Source of the DNA: a candidate division FCPU426 bacterium
Lineage (GTDB): Bacteria; Oederibacteriota; JAAXVQ01; JAUVAV01
Reading direction: 5' to 3'
Length of the DNA: 64,000 bases
Assembly: GCA_040756875.1 (NCBI GenBank)
Contig: JBFLYH010000001.1
Location: 64,001-128,000 of the forward strand
Made by a program: the position numbers and the translations under genes. Below, piece by piece: positions 1 through 8,963 of this stretch. Numbering within the stretch: the stretch's first letter is position 1; each line of letters begins with the position of its first letter. The notes beneath the pieces were generated by a model, which was not told the origin of the DNA, did no database searches, and saw nothing but the letters and a program-made list of their open reading frames with translations.

Positions 1-2
1 TG

Positions 3-146
3 CTGGCCGGCCCGGCGTTAAGTTTGCCGAGCATGCTCGTGATCCGGAGTGTGATCGGGTCCAAAAAGACAGCGGTTTATGTCTCGCTGGTTGTTATCAT
101 GGCGACGTTTTGCGGCATGCTCTTTGGCGCGATCGCAGGCCATTGA
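3..146 (+). CDS. Permease (ArsP/DUF318 family), C-terminal fragment truncated by window edge
   Basis: Manual translation LAGPALSLPSMLVIRSVIGSKKTAVYVSLVVIMATFCGMLFGAIAGH*; GPALSLP motif and ars-cluster context. Confidence 0.8.
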   Translation: MAGPALSLPSMLVIRSVIGSKKTAVYVSLVVIMATFCGMLFGAIAGH

Positions 147-174
147 AGGACAATTCTTTGGAAGGGATCGAACC

Positions 175-414
175 ATGAAAATCGAGATTCTGGGTACCGG
201 GTGCCCGAAATGCAAGAAGCTGACCGAGCTGGCAACCGAAGCGGTGAAGGAGCTGGGGATCGCCGCGGAGATCAGCAAGGTCGAGAAGATCAATGACATT
301 ATGAATTACGGCGTCATGGTGACCCCGGCGCTCGTGGTGGATGGCAAGGTGCGGGTGGCCGGGCGCATGCCTTCGAAAGAGGAGATCAGGCAATGGATTG
401 GAAAGAAATCGTAA
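175..414 (+). CDS. Small redox-active disulfide protein (MTH895-type thioredoxin family)
   Basis: MKIEILGTGCPKC...YGVMVTPALVVDG; start set at ATG 175. Confidence 0.9.
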   Translation: MKIEILGTGCPKCKKLTELATEAVKELGIAAEISKVEKINDIMNYGVMVTPALVVDGKVRVAGRMPSKEEIRQWIGKKS

Positions 415-428
415 AGGAGAGATGAACC

Positions 429-836
429 ATGGGTGAATGCTGTGGCGGAAGCACAAGACTCATTTATGCCTGTTCCGGGGCTGCGGATGTGGGCGCTATC
501 AGCGACCAAGTCGCCAGAAGGTTGAGCAAGGAAGGTTTTGGCGGCATGACCTGCCTAGCGGCTATTGGGGCCAATTTAAGCGGATTTGTGGAGTCAGCCA
601 AGTCGGCGGAGAACATCGTGATCGACGGCTGCAATGTGGCTTGCGGGCGGAAAAACCTGGAGCGCATTGGGGTGAGTGGCAAGGTTTTTATATTGACGGA
701 TATGGGGCTGGTTAAAGGGAAAACGCCGGTTGAGGATGCGGTGATTTCGGAGATGGCGGCCAAGGTCAAGCAAGGCATCGGCAAAACGGCGCCAAGTGCC
801 GGAGCAACCTGCGCCTGCAATGGCAACTGCGGATAA
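429..836 (+). CDS. DGC-domain putative zinc-binding protein
   Basis: YACSGAADVG, MTCLA and IDGCNVAC motifs; strong RBS aaggag. Confidence 0.85.
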   Translation: MGECCGGSTRLIYACSGAADVGAISDQVARRLSKEGFGGMTCLAAIGANLSGFVESAKSAENIVIDGCNVACGRKNLERIGVSGKVFILTDMGLVKGKTPVEDAVISEMAAKVKQGIGKTAPSAGATCACNGNCG

Positions 837-844
837 GGAGAGTC

Positions 845-1366
845 ATGAGGATGATAAACAAGAAAAGCAGAGGTTGTCTGTCCATTCTCGCCATGCTGGC
901 CACGACGCAGACAGGATGCGGACAAACTATCGCCCAAGAGCAGCAAACGCCCCCCGGAGAGCGTGGGGTTGTTGAGGCGGCGTTGCCTTCTGAACCAGCG
1001 GATGCATCAAATGTGACGCAGGCGGATGACGGAACCGCGCCCATCATGAAGCCGGCGCCTGTTCTGGCAAAGGAACCTCAGGTCGCGAAAGTGACATTTG
1101 TCGAGCTGGGTTCTGTGCGGTGCATTCCCTGTAAAATGATGCAACCCATCATGGCGGAGATCGAGAAGGAATACGGCGCTCGGGTGAAAGTGGTGTTCTA
1201 TGATATCTGGACCGAGGCGGGCAGGCCATACGCCATGCAATACCAAATCCGGGCTATTCCGACCCAGATCTTTCTTGATCAGGACGGCAAGGAGTTTCAC
1301 CGGCATACCGGCTTTTATCCGAAAGAAGAGATTGATAAAGTGCTGAAAAACCAGGGAATGAAGTAA
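845..1366 (+). CDS. Exported thioredoxin-family protein
   Basis: N-terminal signal-like segment; ELGSVRCIPC active site; IPTQIF cis-Pro motif. Confidence 0.85.
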   Translation: MRMINKKSRGCLSILAMLATTQTGCGQTIAQEQQTPPGERGVVEAALPSEPADASNVTQADDGTAPIMKPAPVLAKEPQVAKVTFVELGSVRCIPCKMMQPIMAEIEKEYGARVKVVFYDIWTEAGRPYAMQYQIRAIPTQIFLDQDGKEFHRHTGFYPKEEIDKVLKNQGMK

Positions 1367-2064
1367 TGCTGGTTCAATTATTTTCTTGGCTGAATAATAC
1401 CTTGAACGGAGCACCCTTGATTGCTTTGTCCGGCGCTTTGATCTGGGGGATTTTAAGTATCCTCCTAAGTCCTTGCCATCTGGCCAGTATTCCTTTAATC
1501 ATCGGCTTTATTGATGAACAAGGACGAATTTCCACGAAGCGAGCCTTCCTGCTTTCGCTTCTGTTTTCAACGGGTAATCTGCTTACCATTGCCTTGATAG
1601 GCGTGATTACCAGTTTGCTGGGGCGTATTGCCGGAGATGTCGGTCCGTGGGGCAATTATCTGGTGTCCGGTGTTTTTATTGTTGTGGGTTTGCATTTGCT
1701 GGGAATTATTCCACTGCCTTTCGTGAACCAAACCGGGCAGCCGAATTTCGGGAAAAAAGGTTTGGCTGCCGCCTTTTTACTGGGACTTATTTTTGGAATG
1801 GCGTTAGGTCCCTGCACGTTTGCCTTTATGACTCCTGTACTAGGCGCGGCTTTCAGTTTGGGCGCGTCCAACCTGCCCATGGCCACGGGGTTGGTTTTGA
1901 CATATGCGGCGGGACATGTGGTGGTCATTATTCTAGCCGGAACCTTCACTGAAGTGGTGCAGCATTATCTGGACTGGAATGAGAAATCCAAAGGCGCGTT
2001 TATTTTGAAAAAAGCCTGCGGCGCGCTCGTGCTGGCGGGCGGGATTTATATCGCGTTGAAATAA
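1366..2064 (+). CDS. ccdA: Cytochrome c biogenesis/thiol-disulfide transporter CcdA family
   Basis: LSPCHL and GPCTF Cys motifs in a multi-TM protein; start overlaps the thioredoxin stop. Confidence 0.85.
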   Translation: MLVQLFSWLNNTLNGAPLIALSGALIWGILSILLSPCHLASIPLIIGFIDEQGRISTKRAFLLSLLFSTGNLLTIALIGVITSLLGRIAGDVGPWGNYLVSGVFIVVGLHLLGIIPLPFVNQTGQPNFGKKGLAAAFLLGLIFGMALGPCTFAFMTPVLGAAFSLGASNLPMATGLVLTYAAGHVVVIILAGTFTEVVQHYLDWNEKSKGAFILKKACGALVLAGGIYIALK

Positions 2065-2179
2065 CTCACATACTACTAACCAAAGCCTAACCGTGGATTT
2101 GATGAAAAAAGATACACTGTGTTCCAGATCCGGCGTTTGGCAGGCAAGCTGAGCCACCTAGGCGGAAAGAGGCTATACA

Positions 2180-2614
2180 ATGGGACGAGATAAAATCCGG
2201 GTTTTGTTTGTATGCATTCACAACAGCGCGCGCAGCCAGATGGCCGAGGCATTTTTAAACCATCTGGCTGGCGAACGCTTCGAGGCTTTGAGCGCGGGGC
2301 TGGAACCGGGTACATTGAACCCGCTGGTGGTGGAAGCCATGCGGGAAGTTGGCATTGATATTTCCCGCAATCAGACCAAGAGTGTTTTTGATTTTTATAA
2401 AAAAGGGGAATTGTTCAGATATGTCTTTACCGTATGCGACGAAGCCAGTGGGGAACGCTGCCCGATATTCCCCGGAATTTCAGAAAGAATCCATTGGGGG
2501 TTTCCCGACCCCTCGGCTTTGACCGGAACGCACGAGGAAAAAATGCGTGAAATCCGCAAGATTCGCGATGCCATCAAGGCAAAGATCGGCGAATTCGTTG
2601 GTTCGAATAGTTGA
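2180..2614 (+). CDS. arsC: Arsenate reductase, LMW-PTP family
   Basis: [17 protein letters not shown]-loop; VCD...ERCP; WGFPDP. Confidence 0.92.
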   Translation: MGRDKIRVLFVCIHNSARSQMAEAFLNHLAGERFEALSAGLEPGTLNPLVVEAMREVGIDISRNQTKSVFDFYKKGELFRYVFTVCDEASGERCPIFPGISERIHWGFPDPSALTGTHEEKMREIRKIRDAIKAKIGEFVGSNS

Positions 2615-2627
2615 GGGGGCGCGCACT

Positions 2628-3701
2628 ATGCCCGGTGCCAGCCCCGGCAAGCTGTCTTTCTTGGACCGCTATTTAACCTTGTGGATTTTTATTGCCATGG
2701 GGGCGGGGGTGACGTTGGGGTACTGTTATCCGGCTATAGCTGGTTTTTGGAACCGCTTCCAATCCGGCAGCACCAATCTCCCGATCGCCCTGGGTCTTCT
2801 TCTCATGATGTACCCGCCTTTGGCCAAAGTCCGCTATGAAGAGATGGGCATGATCTTCAGGAATAAAAAGCTGCTGACCCTGTCTTTGCTGATGAATTGG
2901 GTCATCGGGCCGCTGCTCATGTTTGCGCTGGCCGTCCTGTTTCTGCGCGAGTATCCCGGATATATGATCGGCGTCATCCTGGTCGGCCTGGCGCGCTGCA
3001 TTGCCATGGTGATTGTTTGGAACGAGCTGGCCGAGGGCGACCGCGAACTGGCGGCCGGCCTAGTGGCATTCAATGCGGTTTTTCAAGTGCTGTTTTATGC
3101 CGTGTATATCTATTTGTTCATCACCTTGGGTTTGAATTGGCTCGGTCTGGCTGAAAATGCAAACATCCACGTCTCCATGCTGGATTCAGCCAAGACGGTT
3201 TTAATCTATCTGGGCATCCCATTTCTGGCTGGTTTGTCGACCCGCTGGCTGGCATTGAAAATCAAGGGCAGGGAATGGTATGAAAAGCAATTCCTTCCCA
3301 AGATCAGTCCGCTGACGCTGGCCGCGCTGCTGTTCACGATTGTGGTTATGTTTTCTTTAAAGGGCGAATACATCATCAAGTTGCCGCTGGATGTTTTGCG
3401 CATAGCCCTGCCGCTTTCCATCTATTTCGTGGTCATGTGGTTCGCGGCTTATTTCCTGTCGCGCTGGCTGCGCGGGTCGCATGCCCAGACCGTGGCTGTG
3501 TCGTTTACCGCCGGCAGCAATGATTTCGAGCTGGCCATCGCCGTGGCGGTCGCCATATTTGGCATCAACTCCGGCCAAGCGTTTGCGACGGTGATAGGCC
3601 CACTGATCGAAGTGCCGGTTCTGGTGTTGCTGGTCGGCGTTGCGTCCCGGCTTAAACCCAAAAGGCACACAGTGCCGGATAAGAAAGGCACATCCGTCTG
3701 A
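2628..3701 (+). CDS. acr3: Arsenite efflux transporter Acr3
   Basis: [51 protein letters not shown]; start moved to ATG 2628. Confidence 0.95.
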   Translation: MPGASPGKLSFLDRYLTLWIFIAMGAGVTLGYCYPAIAGFWNRFQSGSTNLPIALGLLLMMYPPLAKVRYEEMGMIFRNKKLLTLSLLMNWVIGPLLMFALAVLFLREYPGYMIGVILVGLARCIAMVIVWNELAEGDRELAAGLVAFNAVFQVLFYAVYIYLFITLGLNWLGLAENANIHVSMLDSAKTVLIYLGIPFLAGLSTRWLALKIKGREWYEKQFLPKISPLTLAALLFTIVVMFSLKGEYIIKLPLDVLRIALPLSIYFVVMWFAAYFLSRWLRGSHAQTVAVSFTAGSNDFELAIAVAVAIFGINSGQAFATVIGPLIEVPVLVLLVGVASRLKPKRHTVPDKKGTSV

Positions 3702-3809
3702 ACCCAAAGACGGCTTTTTGTTCATTTGCCCGGTTTACCCCCTGCCCAAATGCTGGTATGATGACCCCCGAACATGCAATCATCTTTGTAAGGCGGCGAT
3801 ATCCCTGAC

Positions 3810-4622
3810 ATGATTGATATAATTAAAAGTTTCTCGCCCTTACAGCAGGCATTGGTTGCAGGATTATTCACTTGGGGTGTCACAGCCCTTGGCGCCTCGC
3901 TGGTGTTCACCACGCGCACGGTGAACCAGCGCCTGCTGGACGGCATGCTGGGATTCGCCGGAGGCGTGATGATCGCAGCCAGCTTCTGGTCCCTGCTGTC
4001 GCCGGCCATTGCCATGTCGGCAAACGGGCCGTTGCCGGCCTGGGTTCCGGCCGCCGTGGGCTTCGTGCTGGGCGCGGCTTTTTTACGCTTGGTCGATATT
4101 GTTTTGCCCCACCTGCACATCGGCTTTCCCACGGAAGAAGCGGAAGGCCTTCCGACGCATTGGCGACGGAGCACGCTCCTGGTTCTGGCCATCACCTTGC
4201 ACAATATCCCCGAAGGCCTGGCCATCGGCGTGGCGTTCGGCGCGGTGGCCGCCGGTTTCCCCGAAGCCACCCTGGCCGGCGCCGTCGCGCTGGCCATAGG
4301 GATCGGCATCCAGAATTTTCCCGAAGGGTTTGCCGTGTCCGTGCCGCTCCGGCGCGAAGGAATGTCCAGATGGAAAAGTTTCTGGTACGGCCAGCTGTCT
4401 GCGGTGGTCGAGCCCCTGGCTGCGCTGGCCGGGGCGGCCCTGGTCGTGGCCGCCAAGCCATTATTGCCGTATGCCCTGGCATTTGCCGCAGGCGCCATGA
4501 TCTTCGTGGTGGTCGAGGAAGTGATTCCCGAATCCCAGCGCAACCAGCACAACGAAATCGCCACCGGCGGCGCGATACTCGGATTCTTGGTCATGATGGT
4601 TCTGGATGTGGCTTTGGGGTGA
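3810..4622 (+). CDS. ZIP family metal transporter (ZupT/GufA-like)
   Basis: [13 protein letters not shown] and [10 protein letters not shown] motifs. Confidence 0.93.
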   Translation: MIDIIKSFSPLQQALVAGLFTWGVTALGASLVFTTRTVNQRLLDGMLGFAGGVMIAASFWSLLSPAIAMSANGPLPAWVPAAVGFVLGAAFLRLVDIVLPHLHIGFPTEEAEGLPTHWRRSTLLVLAITLHNIPEGLAIGVAFGAVAAGFPEATLAGAVALAIGIGIQNFPEGFAVSVPLRREGMSRWKSFWYGQLSAVVEPLAALAGAALVVAAKPLLPYALAFAAGAMIFVVVEEVIPESQRNQHNEIATGGAILGFLVMMVLDVALG

Positions 4623-4655
4623 CTGCGTTTATTTTCAACGATAGGGAGGCATGAA

Positions 4656-5123
4656 ATGAAGACGCTGGTCGTGTACGATTCCTTTTTCGGAAATACCGAG
4701 CAGATCGCCCGGGCCGTCGGCCGGGGGTTGGGCGTGCCGGCTTCCGGCGTACTGCGTCCCAAGGATGCCGGGCCCGAACAAATGGCCGGGCTGGAATTGT
4801 TGATCGTGGGCTCGCCCACCCGGGGCTTCAGGCCCACGGAGGCAGTCGCCAAATGGATAGGAAATTTGCCTGGGAATTCGCTGCAAAACGTGCGGGTGGC
4901 GGGGTTCGACACCCGGATCGCCCTGGAAGACATCAAAGCCTCGGCTTTGCGTTTGCTCGTGAAAATCGGAGGCTACGCGGCCAAACATATTGTTTCGGCC
5001 TTGAAGAAAAAAGGCGGAAAGGTTATTGCCGAACCGGAAGGTTTTTTTGTGGCGGATGAAAAAGGCCCGCTTAAGGCCGGCGAAACGGAACGCGCCGCCG
5101 AATGGGCCAAGCAACTGAGGTGA
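4656..5123 (+). CDS. Flavodoxin-like protein
   Basis: YDSFFGNTEQIA FMN loop; VGSPT; AGFDTR. Confidence 0.88.
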   Translation: MKTLVVYDSFFGNTEQIARAVGRGLGVPASGVLRPKDAGPEQMAGLELLIVGSPTRGFRPTEAVAKWIGNLPGNSLQNVRVAGFDTRIALEDIKASALRLLVKIGGYAAKHIVSALKKKGGKVIAEPEGFFVADEKGPLKAGETERAAEWAKQLR

Positions 5124-5129
5124 TCTGAG

Positions 5130-5759
5130 ATGGCCGCGCCCTCCCCGTCAACCCTCCGGCCGCTGCTGCCGCTCATCGCCTTTAGCGCCGCTTATTTTCT
5201 GGCCGGGTTGGTCCTGATCCTGGTCCGGCAGGATTACGAATTCCTGGTATACATCGGCGTCATGGGCGCGGTAGCCGCGCTGATCGTGCATGTCCATCGC
5301 CGGGTCAATTTATCCCTGACCAGCTTATGGGGGATGAGCGTCTGGGGTCTGTTGCATCTGGCCGGAGGGTTGGTGGCGGTTCCGGCGGATTGGCCGGTCG
5401 AAGGTTCAAGAGTGTTATATTCCTGGTGGCTGATCCCTCAAGCGTTGAAATTCGACAATATCGTGCATACCTACGGGTTTGGAATCACAACCTGGATTTG
5501 CTGGCAGGGGATGGCCGCCTCCTTGCGCAGCCAAGGCCTGGCGCCCCGTCCGACGCTCGGCCGCCTGACCCTGGCCGCCGCGGCCGGGCAGGGGTTTGGC
5601 GCACTTAACGAGGTGCTGGAATTCGCCGTCACCCTGATCGTTCCCAACACGAACGTGGGCGGGTATGTGAACACCGGCTGGGATTTGGTGTGCAACCTGC
5701 TGGGGTCGCTGACCGCCGTGCTGATGATTGCCTGGCTTACCCCTCGTCCACGTGGATGA
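5130..5759 (+). CDS. Membrane protein (DUF2238-like)
   Basis: LHLAGG, FDNIVH, NEVLEF, NTGWDLVCN motifs in a TM protein. Confidence 0.65.
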   Translation: MAAPSPSTLRPLLPLIAFSAAYFLAGLVLILVRQDYEFLVYIGVMGAVAALIVHVHRRVNLSLTSLWGMSVWGLLHLAGGLVAVPADWPVEGSRVLYSWWLIPQALKFDNIVHTYGFGITTWICWQGMAASLRSQGLAPRPTLGRLTLAAAAGQGFGALNEVLEFAVTLIVPNTNVGGYVNTGWDLVCNLLGSLTAVLMIAWLTPRPRG

Positions 5760-6225
5760 GGGCGGCGATCAGCGTGGCATTGTCCGCCGTGGTCTTGCGC
5801 AGGCGCCCGGCCAGGGACCGGGCGATCTCCCGGACGACGTAGAACCCGATTTTGGGATTGTCGGCGCACAACCTTTCGAAGTCGCGCTTGCGGAGCACGA
5901 AACATTCCACCCGCGTCAGGGCGCAGACCGATGCGGAACGCAGGTCGTCGTCCATTAACGCCACCTCGCCGAAAAAAGCATTCATGTCATCCGTCAAGTT
6001 GGCCACCACGAACGGATCCTTGGCGAGGGTCTTTTTTTCCACCCGCACGGAACCCCGGTTCAGGATATACATGGCGTCGCCGCGCTCGCCTTCGCGAATG
6101 ATGCAATGGCCGGGCGGGAAAGCCTGAGTGCGGATTAAAGCGGCGACCTTAGCTAGCGCTCCCGGGTCGTCCTTCAGCTGCTTGAAGAGGGTGATCTGAC
6201 GGAGACGGTCGACGACGGTGCTCAT
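5737..6225 (-). CDS. Stand-alone cyclic-nucleotide-binding domain protein
   Basis: IIREGERGDAMYI...FFGEVALM...RSASV; no CRP HTH follows. Confidence 0.9.
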   Translation of the reverse strand: MSTVVDRLRQITLFKQLKDDPGALAKVAALIRTQAFPPGHCIIREGERGDAMYILNRGSVRVEKKTLAKDPFVVANLTDDMNAFFGEVALMDDDLRSASVCALTRVECFVLRKRDFERLCADNPKIGFYVVREIARSLAGRLRKTTADNATLIAALIHVDEG

Positions 6226-7481
6226 AGCGGCCTCTTGAGGACCAGCACGGCCAGCGCGTTGGCGGGCACGGGGTAATTTTCCTCGGGATTGAGGTTGGGC
6301 TGGTTGTGCTCCAGTTCCCGGGCATTATGGAGGTTTTTCACCAGTTGGCCGACATCCGCGGTTTTTTGCGCCTGGCGGACGGCTTCCTGTTTGCGTTCGT
6401 GGAAACTGCCGGCGTTTTCGACCAGCCCGATCAGGATCGCACGGGAGTGGCGGCGGAAGTGTTCGCGCAGCTCGGAAAAAGGCTTACCGAGGAACCCGGG
6501 CGGGATGGATTCGGTGACGATGAAGGCCGGCGTATGCGCGCTCAGCAGATCGTTGACCACCTTGGCCATGCCGACCTGGGAAAAAGCGTTCGCGATCAGC
6601 ACTTTGCTGTATTCGTTGGTATAGATGATGTCTTCCACATGGGCTGAACGCAGATAGCTCTCGAACTGCACATCCAACAATTCGGCGCAGATGCGCACGT
6701 CCCGGGAAAGGGTGCGGATGGTCATGGCCGCCATGACGGTTTTGGAGTCCATCTCCGTGGACGAGGCGTTGGGGGCGCTTTCGTCGGCCAGCAGGAACAC
6801 CTGGGCCGCGGCCGCCACGTTGGCCTTGCGCAGCATGGCCTCGTTGTAGTGTTCGCCGCGCAGGATCGTCACCTTCTGGAAGGCGGGATACTGCTGGTGG
6901 AACACCTCGATGATTTCGGGTTCGACATTGGCGATGACGATGATTTTCCGCAGGTCAAGACGGGGATTGTTGTACACGATCTCGTCGAGCAGCTTGTTCA
7001 TGGCCTGCTTCCAGCCGCCCAGGATAAAGTGGTTGCGATATTTGGAGAGATCCATGACTCCCCTCCGTTCCATTAATTTTTTAGTGGTCAAGGCCGACGC
7101 CAGGTTGGCGGTGAACATCGAAACCGTGGCAATGCTCAGAAACAACACCAGAATGACCAGCAGGCGGCCGGCCGTCGTTCCCGGCGCTATGTCGCCGTAA
7201 CCGCACGTGGATATGGTGACAATGGACCAGTAAAGGGCCGTGACCAGCCGCTCCCAGGATGCCGCAGTCTGGGCCGGCGGATGCACTGCGGCCACGCGCT
7301 CGTATTCCAGGGAAAGAAAGAGCAGTCCGGCGACCAAAACGAAGGCGGCCAGGAAAAGAAAATACCTGAAAACCTTTTCCCGGCGGAAAAGGAAAAACAA
7401 TGTGCGGTATTCGCCGAGCAGACTCTCGACTGCGGCGAAGAGGTTTTCCCACCATGAAAAGCGATGCATGCCCGACTCCAA
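6222..7481 (-). CDS. 2-TM-pore potassium channel with RCK (TrkA_N) domain
   Basis: YWSIVTISTCGYGD selectivity filter; NHFILGGW Rossmann-like RCK start; DSKTVMAAMT. Confidence 0.9.
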   Translation of the reverse strand: MESGMHRFSWWENLFAAVESLLGEYRTLFFLFRREKVFRYFLFLAAFVLVAGLLFLSLEYERVAAVHPPAQTAASWERLVTALYWSIVTISTCGYGDIAPGTTAGRLLVILVLFLSIATVSMFTANLASALTTKKLMERRGVMDLSKYRNHFILGGWKQAMNKLLDEIVYNNPRLDLRKIIVIANVEPEIIEVFHQQYPAFQKVTILRGEHYNEAMLRKANVAAAAQVFLLADESAPNASSTEMDSKTVMAAMTIRTLSRDVRICAELLDVQFESYLRSAHVEDIIYTNEYSKVLIANAFSQVGMAKVVNDLLSAHTPAFIVTESIPPGFLGKPFSELREHFRRHSRAILIGLVENAGSFHERKQEAVRQAQKTADVGQLVKNLHNARELEHNQPNLNPEENYPVPANALAVLVLKRPL

Positions 7482-7570
7482 ATCCTAATGTTAAGCAAAA
7501 GCGGCTGTGCGGCGTCGCTGGCCATCACGCGGCTTCGGTAGTTCGGAAGCCGCTCATACCCGGGGGTCGT

Positions 7571-8578
7571 TCACAAATGGGATTTGGCGCGCTGATCCAG
7601 TTCGCGGTAGGGAAAGAGAGCCTGGTAATCCACTAAACTGGCCAAAGCCCGGGACTGCACCCGGATGCCGTCCTCTTCCAGGATGGCAATGGGGTTCAGG
7701 CCGCCGATGACCACGGCGCCGGCCCGCCCTTCGCTCACCGGAATGTCCAGCAGCGGCTGGCCGGGCCAGCCGATGGTCATAAACCCGCCCAGCCCCACTT
7801 GGTTCAGCCGTTCGGCGATTTCCACCACCCGGGTGCGGCTGTCCGCCGGAATTTCCCTGAAGCCGGCCCCGATGCGGCCGTTGCCCGTACCCGTGGCGCC
7901 GATATAATCCGTCATGCCCGTGCGGATGAAGATCTCCAGAGGATCGATGGTGGTGCCTTCGTAATTGATGAGTTCCACGAAGCGCCGGGGCTGGCGGTCC
8001 TGGATTTCCAGCAGCCCGCCATAGCGGGATTTGGTGGGTATGCCGTGGCTGAGCAAAACGCCGTTCAAGGTGACCGAGCACACCGTACCCACGCCCAGGC
8101 AATCGTCAGGCACGGTCAACTCCCCTACACGGGCGCCGGGTTGGAACAAGGTCAGCAACTGTCCCATGGCATAACCGGCGGAGAAGACCTTTTTAATGAG
8201 GGGCACCGAACGTTTGACTTTTTCCAGCGGCAGCATGCTGACATTGGTGATGACCGAGCCGCTCTTTTTGTCCAGATCGAACGTCATGTTATAGGCGAGT
8301 TGATCGATCTTGGCGGCCATGAACCCCACTTTTTCGTAGGTCTTGACCGCGGACAGTTCCTTGCTGCCCCGCGGGGTGATTTTGCGCCCCCGCTTGCCGT
8401 AGTTTTTAGTCAAACCTTCCCGGTCAAGTTCCAGCAGGTACAGGCGGACCGTGCGCCCGCTGACGTCATGACCCTGATCCTGCAACTGCCGGGTCAATTT
8501 GCTGCTGCTCAGGCATTCGCCGGTTTCCTGCAAGAGCTTCAAAATCGCCAAACGTTTCTTTTCGGTTTTATCGCGCAT
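7571..8578 (-). CDS. nrpR: Nitrogen regulatory repressor NrpR family (wHTH + NRD/DUF128)
   Basis: N-terminal wHTH RTVRLYLLELDREG; GTVCSVTLNGVLL, YEGTTIDPLEIFI, IGGLNPIA; start at ATG 8578. Confidence 0.88.
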   Translation of the reverse strand: MRDKTEKKRLAILKLLQETGECLSSSKLTRQLQDQGHDVSGRTVRLYLLELDREGLTKNYGKRGRKITPRGSKELSAVKTYEKVGFMAAKIDQLAYNMTFDLDKKSGSVITNVSMLPLEKVKRSVPLIKKVFSAGYAMGQLLTLFQPGARVGELTVPDDCLGVGTVCSVTLNGVLLSHGIPTKSRYGGLLEIQDRQPRRFVELINYEGTTIDPLEIFIRTGMTDYIGATGTGNGRIGAGFREIPADSRTRVVEIAERLNQVGLGGFMTIGWPGQPLLDIPVSEGRAGAVVIGGLNPIAILEEDGIRVQSRALASLVDYQALFPYRELDQRAKSHL

Positions 8579-8585
8579 GGTAGAA

Positions 8586-8614
8586 ATGATAGGGGGCAAA
8601 CTACCAATTGTCAA
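8586..8614 (-). promoter_or_regulatory. Sigma70-type promoter of nrpR (predicted leaderless mRNA)
   Basis: Minus strand TTGACA(8614-8609)-N17-TATCAT(8591-8586), 7 nt before the ATG, with no RBS. Confidence 0.7.
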
Positions 8615-8620
8615 ACATAA

Positions 8621-8640
8621 TATTGGCAAAATTGCCAATA
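8621..8640. promoter_or_regulatory. Inverted repeat, candidate NrpR operator
   Basis: TATTGGCAA-AA-TTGCCAATA; related motifs at 8595, 8764 and 8868. Confidence 0.55.
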
Positions 8641-8837
8641 ATACCGACAACATTGAAACCGTTCCGGAAGATGAAAGGGTTTGATTCCAGCGTTTTCGCA
8701 ACCGTGAGGTTGAAGCACGGGAAAAAAAACGATTCGCTAAATTCCACATATTTACGCCGATTCGGCAAAATTACCAACCTGGCGCTGCCCAGGGCCGCCG
8801 CACGCGCGCGCCCCTGAATAAAAAACCAGCTGGGTCG

Positions 8838-8881
8838 TTGACAAACGGGAACTGTTTTGGAAGAATGGGCAACGTTTTGCC
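8838..8881 (+). promoter_or_regulatory. Sigma70 promoter of glutamate-synthase-family gene with downstream operator candidate
   Basis: TTGACA(8838)-N17-AAGAAT(8861) with extended TG; GGCAACGTTTTGCC at 8868-8881. Confidence 0.65.
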
Positions 8882-8963
8882 AATTCCGCCGATCCGACCG
8901 GCATGCCGGGCGGGCGGAAGGCGGCGCTTCGGCGCCTATCTGTTTTATTCCAAGGGGGTCCGT

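Noticed and set aside
2085-2141. attC-like site GCCTAAC...GTTTGGC between ccdA and arsC
   Set aside because: The right core deviates from GTTRRRY, inner pairing is weak, the copy is single, and it sits within a coherent operon.
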